Origin: Chloroflexota bacterium
GTDB lineage: Bacteria; Chloroflexota; Anaerolineae; UBA1429
DNA: 64,000 bases
Direction of reading: 5' to 3'
NCBI GenBank assembly: GCA_021372475.1
Contig: JAJFUJ010000115.1
Location: forward strand, 1,398-65,397
In this document: positions 48,099-56,996 of the stretch, piece after piece
Numbering within the stretch: the first letter of the stretch is position 1
Layout: each line of letters starts with the position of its first letter
The notes under the pieces: model-generated
What the model was told of the DNA's origin: nothing
What the model saw: only the letters and a program-made list of their open reading frames with translations
Database searches by the model: none
Translations under genes and position numbers: made by a program

Positions 48099-49856
48099 TC
48101 AATCGAGCCTGATATGCAGCTCTTTGAGCTGATGCGGCGTCACTTCCGAAGGTGCGTCGGTCATCAAGTCAACAGCGCTCTGTGACTTGGGGAAGGCTAT
48201 CACCTCACGGATATTGGGCTCATCAGCCAGGAGCATCACCAGGCGATCGATGCCGGGCGCGATACCGCCATGAGGCGGAGCGCCGTATTCAAAAGCCTCG
48301 AGCATATGGCCAAAACGCGCCTTGGTCTCTTCCTCGCTGTAGCCCAGCACAGCAAATATGCGCTGCTGGATATCGCGGCGGTGAATACGGATGCTGCCTG
48401 AAGCCAGCTCGTAGCCGTTACAGACCAGGTCGTAGGCATCGGAATAGACCCGCGCCGGATCGCTTTCCAAATAGGGCAGGTCGTCAACCTTGGGCATCGT
48501 AAAGGGATGATGGGCTGCGTCCCAGCGTTTTTCCTCAGCGCTCCACTCGAACATCGGAAAGTCCACCACGTAGCCAAAAGCCATCAAATCGGCGGGGGCC
48601 AGCTTGAGTCGGTCGCGGAAGAGCAGGCGCAAAGCTCCCAAAGCCTTGCTGGCTGCCGTTGCTTGATCGGCCGCGACGCACACCAGGTCGCCAGTTTTTG
48701 CCCCCATCTTGTCCGCCACTGCAGCCAACTCGCCCTCGCTGAGGAACTTGACCGCCGGGCCTTTGACGCCTTCCGCCGTATAGGCCAGGGTAGCCAAGCC
48801 AGCGGCGCCCTGATCCCGCGCTAGTTCGGCCAGTTCGTCCAACTCGCGCCGGGTATAGGCAGCGCAGCCGGGCGCACAGATCGCCTTGATTTGCCCACCG
48901 CTGGCAGCGGTCTGTTTGAACACCTTAAATTCGCTGGCGCCTAGTAACGGCGTCAGGTCTTCAATCAGCATGCCAAAACGCAAGTCGGGCTTGTCGCTGC
49001 CGTAGCGCGCCAACGCTTCCGAGTAGCTCATCCGTGGGAAGGGGCTGATGACGCGTTTTTGCGGCGTAACCGCCGGGATCATCGCCGTAAACAAGCCCTC
49101 AACCAGGGCCAGGATGTCGTCACGCGAGGCAAAGGCCATCTCCAAGTCGAGTTGAGTAAATTCGGGCTGGCGGTCGCCGCGCTGGTCTTCATCGCGGAAA
49201 CAGCGCGCGATCTGGTAATAGCGCTCGTACCCGGATACCATCAGCAGTTGTTTGAGCTGCTGCGGGCTCTGCGGGAGGGCATAGAACTTACCAGCATGGA
49301 CTCGCGAGGGCACAATATAGTCGCGCGCACCCTCGGGCGTGCTTTTGAACAGGATTGGCGTCTCTATCTCGAGAAATCCCCTGGCCGACAGATATTCGCG
49401 GATAAAGTGCACTACCTCATGGCGCAAAATGAGGTTGTGCTGCATGCGTTCGCGCCGTAAGTCAAGGTAACGGTAGCGCAGCCGCAGGGCTTCATCGGGC
49501 TCAGTGTCCTCGTTGATAGCAAACACCGGTTGTTTGGCTTCATTCAGGATGGTCAGCTCCTGGGCAACCACTTCGATTGCGCCGGTAGCGAGCTTGGGGT
49601 TCGCCTGCCCCTCCGGGCGAAGGCGCACGACGCCCGTTACCTGGATGACGTATTCGCTGCGCAGCCTGCCGGCCAGTTCGTGCGCCTGGGAATCCTTATC
49701 CGGATTAAAGACTACCTGTGTCAGACCCCAGCGGTCGCGTAAATCCACAAAGATGATATTGCCGTGATCGCGGCGACGGTGTACCCAACCGGCCAGGCTC
49801 ACCCTAGCGCCGGCATGTTCCGCCCGCAGCTCGCCACAGGTATGTGTCTTTAGCAT
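48099..49856 (-). CDS. aspS: aspartate--tRNA ligase
   Basis: [44 protein letters not shown]..., class II motifs [18 protein letters not shown] and [10 protein letters not shown] chose ATG 49856 (GGGAGGA RBS) over the track start at 49952. Confidence 0.95.
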   Translation of the reverse strand: MLKTHTCGELRAEHAGARVSLAGWVHRRRDHGNIIFVDLRDRWGLTQVVFNPDKDSQAHELAGRLRSEYVIQVTGVVRLRPEGQANPKLATGAIEVVAQELTILNEAKQPVFAINEDTEPDEALRLRYRYLDLRRERMQHNLILRHEVVHFIREYLSARGFLEIETPILFKSTPEGARDYIVPSRVHAGKFYALPQSPQQLKQLLMVSGYERYYQIARCFRDEDQRGDRQPEFTQLDLEMAFASRDDILALVEGLFTAMIPAVTPQKRVISPFPRMSYSEALARYGSDKPDLRFGMLIEDLTPLLGASEFKVFKQTAASGGQIKAICAPGCAAYTRRELDELAELARDQGAAGLATLAYTAEGVKGPAVKFLSEGELAAVADKMGAKTGDLVCVAADQATAASKALGALRLLFRDRLKLAPADLMAFGYVVDFPMFEWSAEEKRWDAAHHPFTMPKVDDLPYLESDPARVYSDAYDLVCNGYELASGSIRIHRRDIQQRIFAVLGYSEEETKARFGHMLEAFEYGAPPHGGIAPGIDRLVMLLADEPNIREVIAFPKSQSAVDLMTDAPSEVTPHQLKELHIRLD

Positions 49857-49901
49857 GTTGCTGTTCCTCCCTGAAAGAGGTGGAAATAGACTAGAAAACT
49901 C

Positions 49902-49929
49902 ATTATATGCGCTGTAACAGCGCAGCCAA
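49902..49929 (-). promoter_or_regulatory. sigma-70-like promoter candidate for aspS with a palindrome in the spacer
   Basis: On the minus strand: TTGGCT (49929-49924), 16-nt spacer, TATAAT (49907-49902). The spacer consists almost entirely of the palindrome GCGCTGT-T-ACAGCGC (49909-49923). Confidence 0.45.
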
Positions 49930-49998
49930 AACGCACTTGCGGACGCTGACACCCTATACTAGAATGCAGCCAGTGCAGCCGTGTGGAGCCATTCAACT

Positions 49999-51336
49999 AT
50001 GCCTCAACCAGATGAACACCCTAGGCCGAACATCGTCTTTATCTTTGCCGACCAATTGCGCGCCTCTGCGGTTGGGTATATGGGCAACCATGAAGTGCAC
50101 ACGCCGGCGCTGGACCGCCTGGCCGCTCAAGGGGTAGTGTTCAGTTCGGCGGTGTGCGGGTGCCCGGTATGCACACCCTATCGCGCCTGCATGCTGACTG
50201 GGCGTTACCCGCTGACGCATGGCGTGTTTGTCAACGATGTGCGGCTGCCCGAGGAGGAGCTGACCTTTGGGGAACTCTATTCCGCCGCCGGCTATGACAC
50301 CGCCTACATCGGCAAGTGGCATCTGGACGGCCCCCAGCGCTCCGCGTTTACCCCACCAGGCCCACGCCGGCATGGCTTTAGCTATTGGGCGGTGGGTAAT
50401 TGCACGCACGATTATTTCCACTCGCTTTATTACCGCGATGACCCCGAGCCGCGCTACTGGCAGGGGTATGACGCCCACGCCCAGGCGCGCCTGGCCTGTG
50501 AATATATCACGCAGCATGGCCAACGGAACCCTTACTGCTTATTCCTCTCGTGGGGACCGCCGCACAACCCCTACGAGTGGACGCCGCAAGAATATTTGCG
50601 CAGGTACCCGCCGGACGATATCCGGGTGCCGCCCAATGTGCCTCAGGCGGATAAAGAGGCCCTGGCGGGCTATTATGCCCATATCACGGCGCTGGATGAC
50701 GCGCTGGGTTGGATTTTGGAGGCCGTTCGTACCTCCGGCCAGGAGGACGATACCATCGTGGTCTTCACCTCCGACCACGGCGATATGCTGGGCTCGCACG
50801 GGCTGTGGCGCAAACAGTGGCCATGGGACGATTGCATGCTGGTGCCATTGGTGGTGCGTTACCCGGCCGGCCAGCGCCCGGCATGCTGGGTGGATGTGCC
50901 ATTCAACGCGGTGGACTTGCTGCCCACCCTCTTGAACTTGTGTGGGCTGTCCATCCCGGGCACCGTCGAAGGCTCCAACCTGGCGCACCTGGTGAGGGGG
51001 CAGCCAGGTGAAGCTCCCCGTTCAGCCTTGATGCAAATTATCTCGCCCTTTTGCGAATCGATTGAACCCGAATGGCGCGCCGTGCGCACATCACGATACA
51101 CGTATGCCCGCAACCTTGCCGGGTCGTGGCTTCTTTATGACAACCTGACCGACCCTTACCAGATACGTAATCTGGTCGCAGGCCGTAAGTATGCCGGGTT
51201 GTGTTCCGAGCTGGAGCACGAGCTGCGGATATGGCTCGCGCGCACCCACGACGAATTCCTGCCCGCAGCGGTTTACCGCGAGCGTTATGGTATTACTGAT
51301 GTTGATGAGCGCTTTGCGGTGCCGATTACGATGTAA
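49999..51336 (+). CDS. Cys-type sulfatase (arylsulfatase family)
   Basis: PNIVFIFADQLR, then CTPYRACMLTGR (the C-x-P-x-R formylglycine motif), GKWH, and TSDHGD. No signal peptide from ATG 49999. Confidence 0.85.
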   Translation: MPQPDEHPRPNIVFIFADQLRASAVGYMGNHEVHTPALDRLAAQGVVFSSAVCGCPVCTPYRACMLTGRYPLTHGVFVNDVRLPEEELTFGELYSAAGYDTAYIGKWHLDGPQRSAFTPPGPRRHGFSYWAVGNCTHDYFHSLYYRDDPEPRYWQGYDAHAQARLACEYITQHGQRNPYCLFLSWGPPHNPYEWTPQEYLRRYPPDDIRVPPNVPQADKEALAGYYAHITALDDALGWILEAVRTSGQEDDTIVVFTSDHGDMLGSHGLWRKQWPWDDCMLVPLVVRYPAGQRPACWVDVPFNAVDLLPTLLNLCGLSIPGTVEGSNLAHLVRGQPGEAPRSALMQIISPFCESIEPEWRAVRTSRYTYARNLAGSWLLYDNLTDPYQIRNLVAGRKYAGLCSELEHELRIWLARTHDEFLPAAVYRERYGITDVDERFAVPITM

Positions 51337-51350
51337 GGAGGGATACGAGC

Positions 51351-52112
51351 ATGCGATACGGCGACCTGACCTATCTGGAGATCAAAGAATTAATCCAGGC
51401 CGGAGCGGTGGCGCTGGTGCCTACCGGATGCACCGAACAGCAAGGTCCGCACCTACCCGTCGATAACGACACCTATTGGATTACCCAGGTAGCTGAAGGC
51501 ATCTCCCTGGCTGCTCAGGAACTGGACGGCATCCTTTCGCTCGTGCTCCCTACGCTGCCTTTTGGCCCCACTCCTGAACATCGCAACTATGGCAGCGGTT
51601 TCATTGATTTACCGCAGGAACTGCATCAGCAAGTGATATACGCTGTATTATGCTCACTGGCCGACCAGGGTTTCCGGCTTATCCTACTGCTGCTTGGCTG
51701 CGGACAGCATCAGCTCAAGCCCACGGTAGAGCGCTTCAACGCCGCATATACCGAGCGTGCATTCGCCCAGATTGCCACACTACCCTTGTTCGATATCTGG
51801 TGCCGCTGCGCGGACCCGACAATCCCGGAAGGCCATGCCGACAGCTTTACCACCTCCATCTCACTTTTTTTACGCTACGAAAGCGTGCGCCGGGAGCTCA
51901 TCCGCAACCCGCATATGACGGAGGTTGATTGGAATGACCCTGACCTCGACTTTTCGCGTTATTCCAGCACCGGCGTGATTGGCGACCCTACCCACGCCTC
52001 TGCCGAACTGGGCGCCCGCCTGTGGGCGCAGGTTGTTTCCGCCGGCGTGGATGAGCTGGCCGATTTCATCCAGGAAAAACAGCCGGCTGCCTTGCTGCCC
52101 GAATACGAATAA
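51351..52112 (+). CDS. creatininase (creatinine amidohydrolase) fold protein, divergent metal-site motifs
   Basis: LTYLEIKELIQAGAVALVPTGCTEQQGPHLPVDND aligns with the family signature GSxEQHGPHLPxxTD. AAGGAGG RBS. Confidence 0.7.
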   Translation: MRYGDLTYLEIKELIQAGAVALVPTGCTEQQGPHLPVDNDTYWITQVAEGISLAAQELDGILSLVLPTLPFGPTPEHRNYGSGFIDLPQELHQQVIYAVLCSLADQGFRLILLLLGCGQHQLKPTVERFNAAYTERAFAQIATLPLFDIWCRCADPTIPEGHADSFTTSISLFLRYESVRRELIRNPHMTEVDWNDPDLDFSRYSSTGVIGDPTHASAELGARLWAQVVSAGVDELADFIQEKQPAALLPEYE

Positions 52113-52142
52113 AAACAACGCCTGAGTATCCCTCAGGCGTTG
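52109..52142 (-). terminator. intrinsic terminator of the HpcH-aldolase gene (may act bidirectionally)
   Basis: CAACGCCTGAG (52116-52126), 5-nt loop, CTCAGGCGTTG (52132-52142). On the minus strand the stem is followed by TTTTTATTC. Confidence 0.7.
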
Positions 52143-52151
52143 CTGATAAAG

Positions 52152-52976
52152 CTAGTATAATTCGCCCTTTTTCAGCCCAGAGCTTGCCTGGCGGGCAGTG
52201 CCAACCACCGCCAGTTCGTCCTGCGCCTGCTTGGTCATAAAGCGTACATCGTTGGCGCATGCCAGAAACTGGAATCCCTGGGCGATGCGTATCCTCACCT
52301 CAGCGCCGTCATTGCAGTGCTTGCCCACCGGCGTGCCCACTCTTTTCCCGGTCGCCAGCACCTGCTGTAGCATGGCCTCATGCTCGGTTCCAGGGCCGAC
52401 CTCGGCAAGCGAGATGCCCATGGAGAGCGCCAGGTCCACCGGGCCGATAAAGCAGGCATCCACACCTTCCACCGAGAGGATGGCCTCGGCATTCCTGACG
52501 GCCTCGACGGTCTCGATCATCACTACGCAGAGCATGTTGTCATCCGACCAGGTTTTCCAATCGCCATCCACATACGGGCGCAGCCGGCTGCCGCCGTAAC
52601 TGCGCTGCCCGCCGGGCGAATAGCGCATATTGCTGACGGCCTGCACCGCGTCAGCCTCGGTGTTTATCATCGGGATAATCAGGCCCATCGCGCCGGCATC
52701 CAGGGTACGCTGAATCCACACCGGCTCGTTCCAGGGGATGCGCGCCATCGGCACGCCGCCCCCGAGTTGGATAGCGCGGAAGCAGTTTACCGTCGTATCC
52801 CAACTGACGGGGCTGTGCTGAATATCCACCGCTATCCAATCAAAGCCCAGCGGCGCCATCGCTTCAGCTACCACCGGCGAGCAAAAGGTAAGCCAACCGC
52901 CGACGGTCGCCTGGCCGGCAGCCATCGCCACCTTGACAGGGTTGCTTTCTATTTTCCGTGTTCCGATTCCGGCCAT
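52152..52976 (-). CDS. HpcH/HpaI family aldolase
   Basis: VGGWLTFCSPVVAEAMAPLGFDWIAVDIQHSP...MARIPWNEPVWIQRTLDAGAMGLIIPMI. I chose ATG 52976 (AGGAGG RBS) over the track start at 53174, which would overlap the upstream gene. Confidence 0.7.
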   Translation of the reverse strand: MAGIGTRKIESNPVKVAMAAGQATVGGWLTFCSPVVAEAMAPLGFDWIAVDIQHSPVSWDTTVNCFRAIQLGGGVPMARIPWNEPVWIQRTLDAGAMGLIIPMINTEADAVQAVSNMRYSPGGQRSYGGSRLRPYVDGDWKTWSDDNMLCVVMIETVEAVRNAEAILSVEGVDACFIGPVDLALSMGISLAEVGPGTEHEAMLQQVLATGKRVGTPVGKHCNDGAEVRIRIAQGFQFLACANDVRFMTKQAQDELAVVGTARQASSGLKKGELY

Positions 52977-52995
52977 TGTCGCCCTCCTACCTTCG

Positions 52996-53517
52996 TTACC
53001 AACTATTATAATGTACTCGCTCCGCGTTATATTGCGTGCGCGGCTCCTTCTCCTCGCCCGGATAGCCGATGCAGACAAAAGCAAAGGGGACGATATGCAT
53101 CGGGATATTGAGCAGACGTCGGGTAACCTCGACACGCTCCGAATTGGGATACACGCCGCACCACACCGCGCCAAGGCCTAGGGCCGTCACCGCTAAAAGC
53201 AGGTTTTCGGTGGACGCTGCCAAGTCCTGAATCCAGTAATCGTTCAGGCCTGGGATGCTCGCGCCAGGTTCACCGCAAGGTATGATGACCAGCGCTGCAT
53301 CGGCGGCCATCTTCGCATAAGGATGCGCCAGCGCCAGCTTGATACGGGTATCGGGATCCTTGATAACGATATAATGCCAGGGCTGGCGATTACCGGCGTT
53401 AGCCGAAGCCATCGCCGCCTTGAGGAGCAATTCGATTTGCGCGTCAGCGATGGCGCCAGGCGTGAACTCACGAACCGAACGCCGCGCAAAGAGATTATCT
53501 ATTTTGAGCACTTCCAT
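52996..53517 (-). CDS. nitroreductase family protein (second copy in the window)
   Basis: LFARRSVREFTPGAI...ASANAGNRQPWHYIVI. ATG 53517 with AGGTGG RBS. Confidence 0.8.
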   Translation of the reverse strand: MEVLKIDNLFARRSVREFTPGAIADAQIELLLKAAMASANAGNRQPWHYIVIKDPDTRIKLALAHPYAKMAADAALVIIPCGEPGASIPGLNDYWIQDLAASTENLLLAVTALGLGAVWCGVYPNSERVEVTRRLLNIPMHIVPFAFVCIGYPGEEKEPRTQYNAERVHYNSW

Positions 53518-53593
53518 GCTTATCCACCTGCATTGCGTTTCTTTGGCGAGTATAATGGCGCGGTAGAGAACCGTCAACAGCGAGGTGTCAACG

Positions 53594-54046
53594 ATGGAAG
53601 GGTGTCTGGCTTGCGATCTGAGCGAGGGGCGGCGCGAATTGCCCGGCGGAACGGTATATTCAGGCGGCTATTGGCTGGTTGAGCCCTGCGTGGGGCCGCT
53701 GTCTGTGGGAACGCTCATCGTCAAGCCGCGCCGGCATATCACGCATATCTGGGAGTTGAATGCAGAAGAGGCTGCGGAGCTGGGGCCGCTGCTCGTGCGG
53801 GTCAGCGCTGTTATCAACGAGTTGACCCAACCCGACCAGGTATACGCCTGCCTGTGGTCGCACGCCGACTGGGAGCCGGGGCATATCCATTTCGTGCTCC
53901 AGCCAGTATGGAAAGAGCAACAGACTGAGCATCCCCTGCCCGGGCCGATGCTGCAGGTGGAAATGTTTCGCGCCAACCAGGCGCCCGAGCGGGCGCTGGC
54001 GGAAGACTTTGCTGAGCGGGCACGTGCATTAATGCATCAAGGCTGA
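53594..54046 (+). CDS. HIT-like (histidine triad superfamily) protein
   Basis: MEGCLACDL...GTLIVKPRRHI...EPGHIHFVLQP (a partial triad, H-I-H-F). ATG 53594 has GAGGTG 7 nt upstream; GTG 53585 is an alternative. Confidence 0.6.
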   Translation: MEGCLACDLSEGRRELPGGTVYSGGYWLVEPCVGPLSVGTLIVKPRRHITHIWELNAEEAAELGPLLVRVSAVINELTQPDQVYACLWSHADWEPGHIHFVLQPVWKEQQTEHPLPGPMLQVEMFRANQAPERALAEDFAERARALMHQG

Positions 54047-54375
54047 ACCGGCTCCAGCTCGAGCGCGGCGACCCCAAGGGCTTCTTTCGCGGGCGGGTAG
54101 ATGGCGCGCAGCTCATCTGGCAGCTCATCCGCCGCCAGATCCGGCGCGATGCGAGCGGAATCCTCGTGCGCCAGCAGTTCGCCAAAATTGGCATAGATAG
54201 TGATACGGCGCAGGCGGTAAAGGTAGCGGTCATTCAAACGCAGCAGTTGGCCCTCTTGTAGTTTGCGGATATTGCTGTAGCCCACGCGCACCTCTACCGT
54301 TTTGCTGCCGGCTAGAATCTGCTGCAGCGGTTCGTCCTTAATCCAGAGCACCTTAACCTGGGTCGTTTCCACCAT
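54037..54375 (-). CDS. ASCH domain protein
   Basis: LWIKDEPLQQILAGSKTVEVRVGYSNIRKLQEGQLLRLN resembles the ASCH beta-barrel signature. Its 3' end overlaps the convergent HIT gene by 10 nt. Confidence 0.6.
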   Translation of the reverse strand: MVETTQVKVLWIKDEPLQQILAGSKTVEVRVGYSNIRKLQEGQLLRLNDRYLYRLRRITIYANFGELLAHEDSARIAPDLAADELPDELRAIYPPAKEALGVAALELEPVQP

Positions 54376-54381
54376 ATATCC

Positions 54382-54437
54382 TTACGCATAACCCGGGTCA
54401 GCTCCCATGATAGCACGAAAGCTGACCCATGGCGTAA
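54382..54437. other. long imperfect palindrome/hairpin between tupA and the ASCH gene
   Basis: TTACGC (54382-54387) pairs with GCGTAA (54432-54437). Inside, GGGTCAGCT (54395-54403) pairs with AGCTGACCC (54420-54428). There is no U-tract. On the minus strand the 3' arm abuts the ASCH RBS. Confidence 0.35.
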
Positions 54438-54445
54438 ACGCGGAA

Positions 54446-55444
54446 TTACTGGCCCTGAGCGGCCTTCCACGCTGTAGAATCGGGTATAAACAGAGATTGC
54501 CCGTACTCTTCCATACCGAACTCGGAGATTTTCTGCTGGACAGGAACCGAGATAATCCACTCTAGGAATTTAGTCGCCATGTCCGCTTGGATACCAGAGT
54601 TCTTTTCCGGATTGACTGTGATAACGCCGTAGGGATTTAGCAAGGCCTTATCACCCTCGACGAGGACCACCAGGTCAAGGCCGGACTTCACACGCGTCAG
54701 GTAGGTAGCGCGGTCGGAGAGGGTGTAGGCTTGCTTTTCCTGAGCCATGGTCAAGAGGTCGCCCATGCCCAGGCCGGCGGAAACATACCAATCACCGGTT
54801 GGCGTGATCTCGGCGGAGGCCCAGATAGAGAGCTCCTTGGTATGCGTGCCGGATTTATCGCCACGTGAGAGGAACTCGGTCTGCGTTTCGGCGAGCTTCT
54901 TGAACGCGTCAACCGCAGTCATCCCTTTGATGCCCGCTGGGTCGTCGGCAGGACCGATGATGACAAAGTCGTTGTACATCACGTCCTCGCGGCGTGTGCC
55001 ATTGCCAGCTTCCATAAAGGCATCCTCAGCCTTGCGCGAGTGCACCAGCAACACGTCGGCATCGCCGCGTTCGCCGATTTTCATCGCCTCGCCGGAGCCA
55101 ACGGAAACGACGTCGACTTTAACGCCATACTCTTCCTCAAACATCGGCAGCAGGTAATCGAGTAACCCCGAATCATACGTGCTGGTGGTGGTCGCCAAAA
55201 TCAGGCGGCCGGCTGTATGCTGGAACTGCGCCGTCGGAACCTCAGTGGCGGCGGCTGCCTCCGTAGGAGCTTCGGTAGCCTTCGGGGCTTCGGTAGCCTT
55301 AGGAGCTTCAGTAGCCTTGGGCGCCTCGGTGGCTTGCGGAGCTTCAGTGGCCTTGGGCGCCTCGGTAGCTGCCGGGGCAGCGCAAGCTGTCATGCCGACA
55401 ACCATCAGCAGGACGCAAATGCACGAAACAAAACGCTTGAACAT
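54446..55444 (-). CDS. tupA: tungstate ABC transporter substrate-binding lipoprotein (TupA family)
   Basis: Lipobox-like LMVVGMTAC, a (K/Q)ATEAP repeat linker, then LILATTTSTYDSGLLDYLLP carrying the TTTS motif characteristic of TupA. Confidence 0.8.
   Translation of the reverse strand: MFKRFVSCICVLLMVVGMTACAAPAATEAPKATEAPQATEAPKATEAPKATEAPKATEAPTEAAAATEVPTAQFQHTAGRLILATTTSTYDSGLLDYLLPMFEEEYGVKVDVVSVGSGEAMKIGERGDADVLLVHSRKAEDAFMEAGNGTRREDVMYNDFVIIGPADDPAGIKGMTAVDAFKKLAETQTEFLSRGDKSGTHTKELSIWASAEITPTGDWYVSAGLGMGDLLTMAQEKQAYTLSDRATYLTRVKSGLDLVVLVEGDKALLNPYGVITVNPEKNSGIQADMATKFLEWIISVPVQQKISEFGMEEYGQSLFIPDSTAWKAAQGQ
55266..55373. repeat. six tandem 18-bp repeats (coding, tupA linker)
   Basis: On the plus strand: GGAGCTTCGGTAGCCTTC / GGGGCTTCGGTAGCCTTA / GGAGCTTCAGTAGCCTTG / GGCGCCTCGGTGGCTTGC / GGAGCTTCAGTGGCCTTG / GGCGCCTCGGTAGCTGCC. 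They encode the ATEAP(K/Q) units on the minus strand. Confidence 0.9.
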
Positions 55445-55485
55445 GGGACATCTCCTTTTAAATACTTTTATTGAGCCAAATCGGC

Positions 55486-56217
55486 TTAATAAACCATATC
55501 GCCGCGCACAAAAGCGGCCGTGCGCGGATCAGCCGGCGCAGTAAAGAACACGTCGCTCGGCGAAACCTCGACCAGACGCCCATCGAGCAACAGTGCCGTG
55601 CGCTGCGCCAAACGGTGCGCCTGAAAGATGTTGTGAGTCACCAGGACGATGGTCTTGGATTGTTCCGCGTTCATTTTGCGCACCGCTGTTTCGATCAGGT
55701 TGACGTTATATGGGTCAAGATTGGCGGTGGGCTCGTCCAGGAGCAGCACCTCAGTATCGAGCACCATGGCGCGCGCCAAGCTGACACGCTGCGCTTCACC
55801 GCCCGAGAGCACACGCGTGTTTTGGCGCGCTAAATGGCTCAGTCCGAGCTGTTCCATCGCTGACGCCACCTTGCCGTTTGATTTATCACCGCGCAGCCGC
55901 AGCCCGTAAGCGATATTGGCCTGCACTGAGCGATTCAAGAGCAGCGGCCGTTGAAAGACCATCGTCAGACGGCGGCGCAGCTCCAGGTCGGCCTGAGCGC
56001 TGCCGTTGGCCACCTCGCGCCCAAAGAACTGCAGCGAACCTGAGGTGGGAGCTTCCAGCAGACCCAACAGACGCAGTAAGGTGCTCTTGCCGGCTCCGCT
56101 GGGGCCTACCAATGCCAGGATTTCACCGCGGTAAACGGTAAGCGAATCGAGAGCCACCACTGTGCGGGAGTCGTAGCGTTTGACCAGTGTATTGAGCTGA
56201 TAAACGGATTCGCTCAT
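55486..56217 (-). CDS. tupC: ABC transporter ATP-binding protein (TupC-like)
   Basis: Walker A GPSGAGKST, signature LSGGEAQR, Walker B LLLDEPTA. 4-nt overlap with the permease gene. Confidence 0.8.
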   Translation of the reverse strand: MSESVYQLNTLVKRYDSRTVVALDSLTVYRGEILALVGPSGAGKSTLLRLLGLLEAPTSGSLQFFGREVANGSAQADLELRRRLTMVFQRPLLLNRSVQANIAYGLRLRGDKSNGKVASAMEQLGLSHLARQNTRVLSGGEAQRVSLARAMVLDTEVLLLDEPTANLDPYNVNLIETAVRKMNAEQSKTIVLVTHNIFQAHRLAQRTALLLDGRLVEVSPSDVFFTAPADPRTAAFVRGDMVY

Positions 56218-56918
56218 TGGTCCAGAGCCTTTCCCTGCAGGCGCAGCATAGCCACGTTGACGATAAACGATATGGTCAGGAGGATGATGCCCAGCGCCAT
56301 AGCCATGGAAAAGTCGCCTTTACGCGTCTCCAGCACGATGGCGGTCGTCAGTGTGCGTGTCGCGTTCTCAATATTGCCGCCCACCATCATCACTGCGCCC
56401 ACCTCGGAGATAATCGAGCCAAAACCGGCGATAATGGAGATCAGCACGCCTACGCGCGCCTCCACGAGCATAGTCCATAGGGCTTGACGGGGTGTAGCGC
56501 CCAAGGCATGAAGCTGCAGCCTGAGTTGGCTATCCAGGCTTAACACTGCGGACATCGTAAACCCAGCAACCAGCGGAAAGGAAATAATGATCTGCGCTAC
56601 AACCATCGCACCGGTAGTATAAAGATGCGGGATGAACGACCAGCCCAACTGCCCAAGTGGGCCGGCGCGCGACAGCATCAGATAGACAAAGAGGCCTACC
56701 ACCACCGGCGGGAAACCCATTCCTGTGTAAAGCAGTGCGATAACCAGGCGCTTGCCGATAAAACGCTTGAGCCCGAGAAAGATGCCCAGTGGGATACCGA
56801 TTAATGTGCTGATAAGCAGGGAAATACCCGTTACCCGCAGCGAAACCAGAATGATATTGGTCAAAGCGCTGTCGCCTGTAAAAATCAGGACAATCGAATC
56901 GAGCAGCCCTTTTAACAA
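56214..56918 (-). CDS. tupB: ABC transporter permease (TupB-like)
   Basis: Five or six TM segments with a binding-protein-dependent permease core. I place the start at TTG 56918 (GAGGA 5 nt upstream). The track start (57011) and the ATG at 56960 both fall inside the riboswitch/terminator structure. Confidence 0.65.
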   Translation of the reverse strand: MLKGLLDSIVLIFTGDSALTNIILVSLRVTGISLLISTLIGIPLGIFLGLKRFIGKRLVIALLYTGMGFPPVVVGLFVYLMLSRAGPLGQLGWSFIPHLYTTGAMVVAQIIISFPLVAGFTMSAVLSLDSQLRLQLHALGATPRQALWTMLVEARVGVLISIIAGFGSIISEVGAVMMVGGNIENATRTLTTAIVLETRKGDFSMAMALGIILLTISFIVNVAMLRLQGKALDQ

Positions 56919-56934
56919 TGTAATCCTCGCTAGG

Positions 56935-56980
56935 AAAATTAATCGGCCGATGCCATCCATACACAGGAGAGCATCGGCCG
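56935..56980 (-). terminator. intrinsic terminator forming the expression platform of the tup riboswitch
   Basis: On the minus strand: CGGCCGATGC (56980-56971), 17-nt loop, GCATCGGCCG (56953-56944), followed by ATTAATTTT. Confidence 0.65.
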
Positions 56981-56996
56981 ATATCGGTCGGTGTTG

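Noticed and set aside
55266-55373. Regularly spaced short repeats that could be mistaken for a CRISPR-like array
   Set aside because: The period is 18 bp with no spacers. The repeats are in frame within tupA and encode an ATEAPK linker. No cas genes are present.
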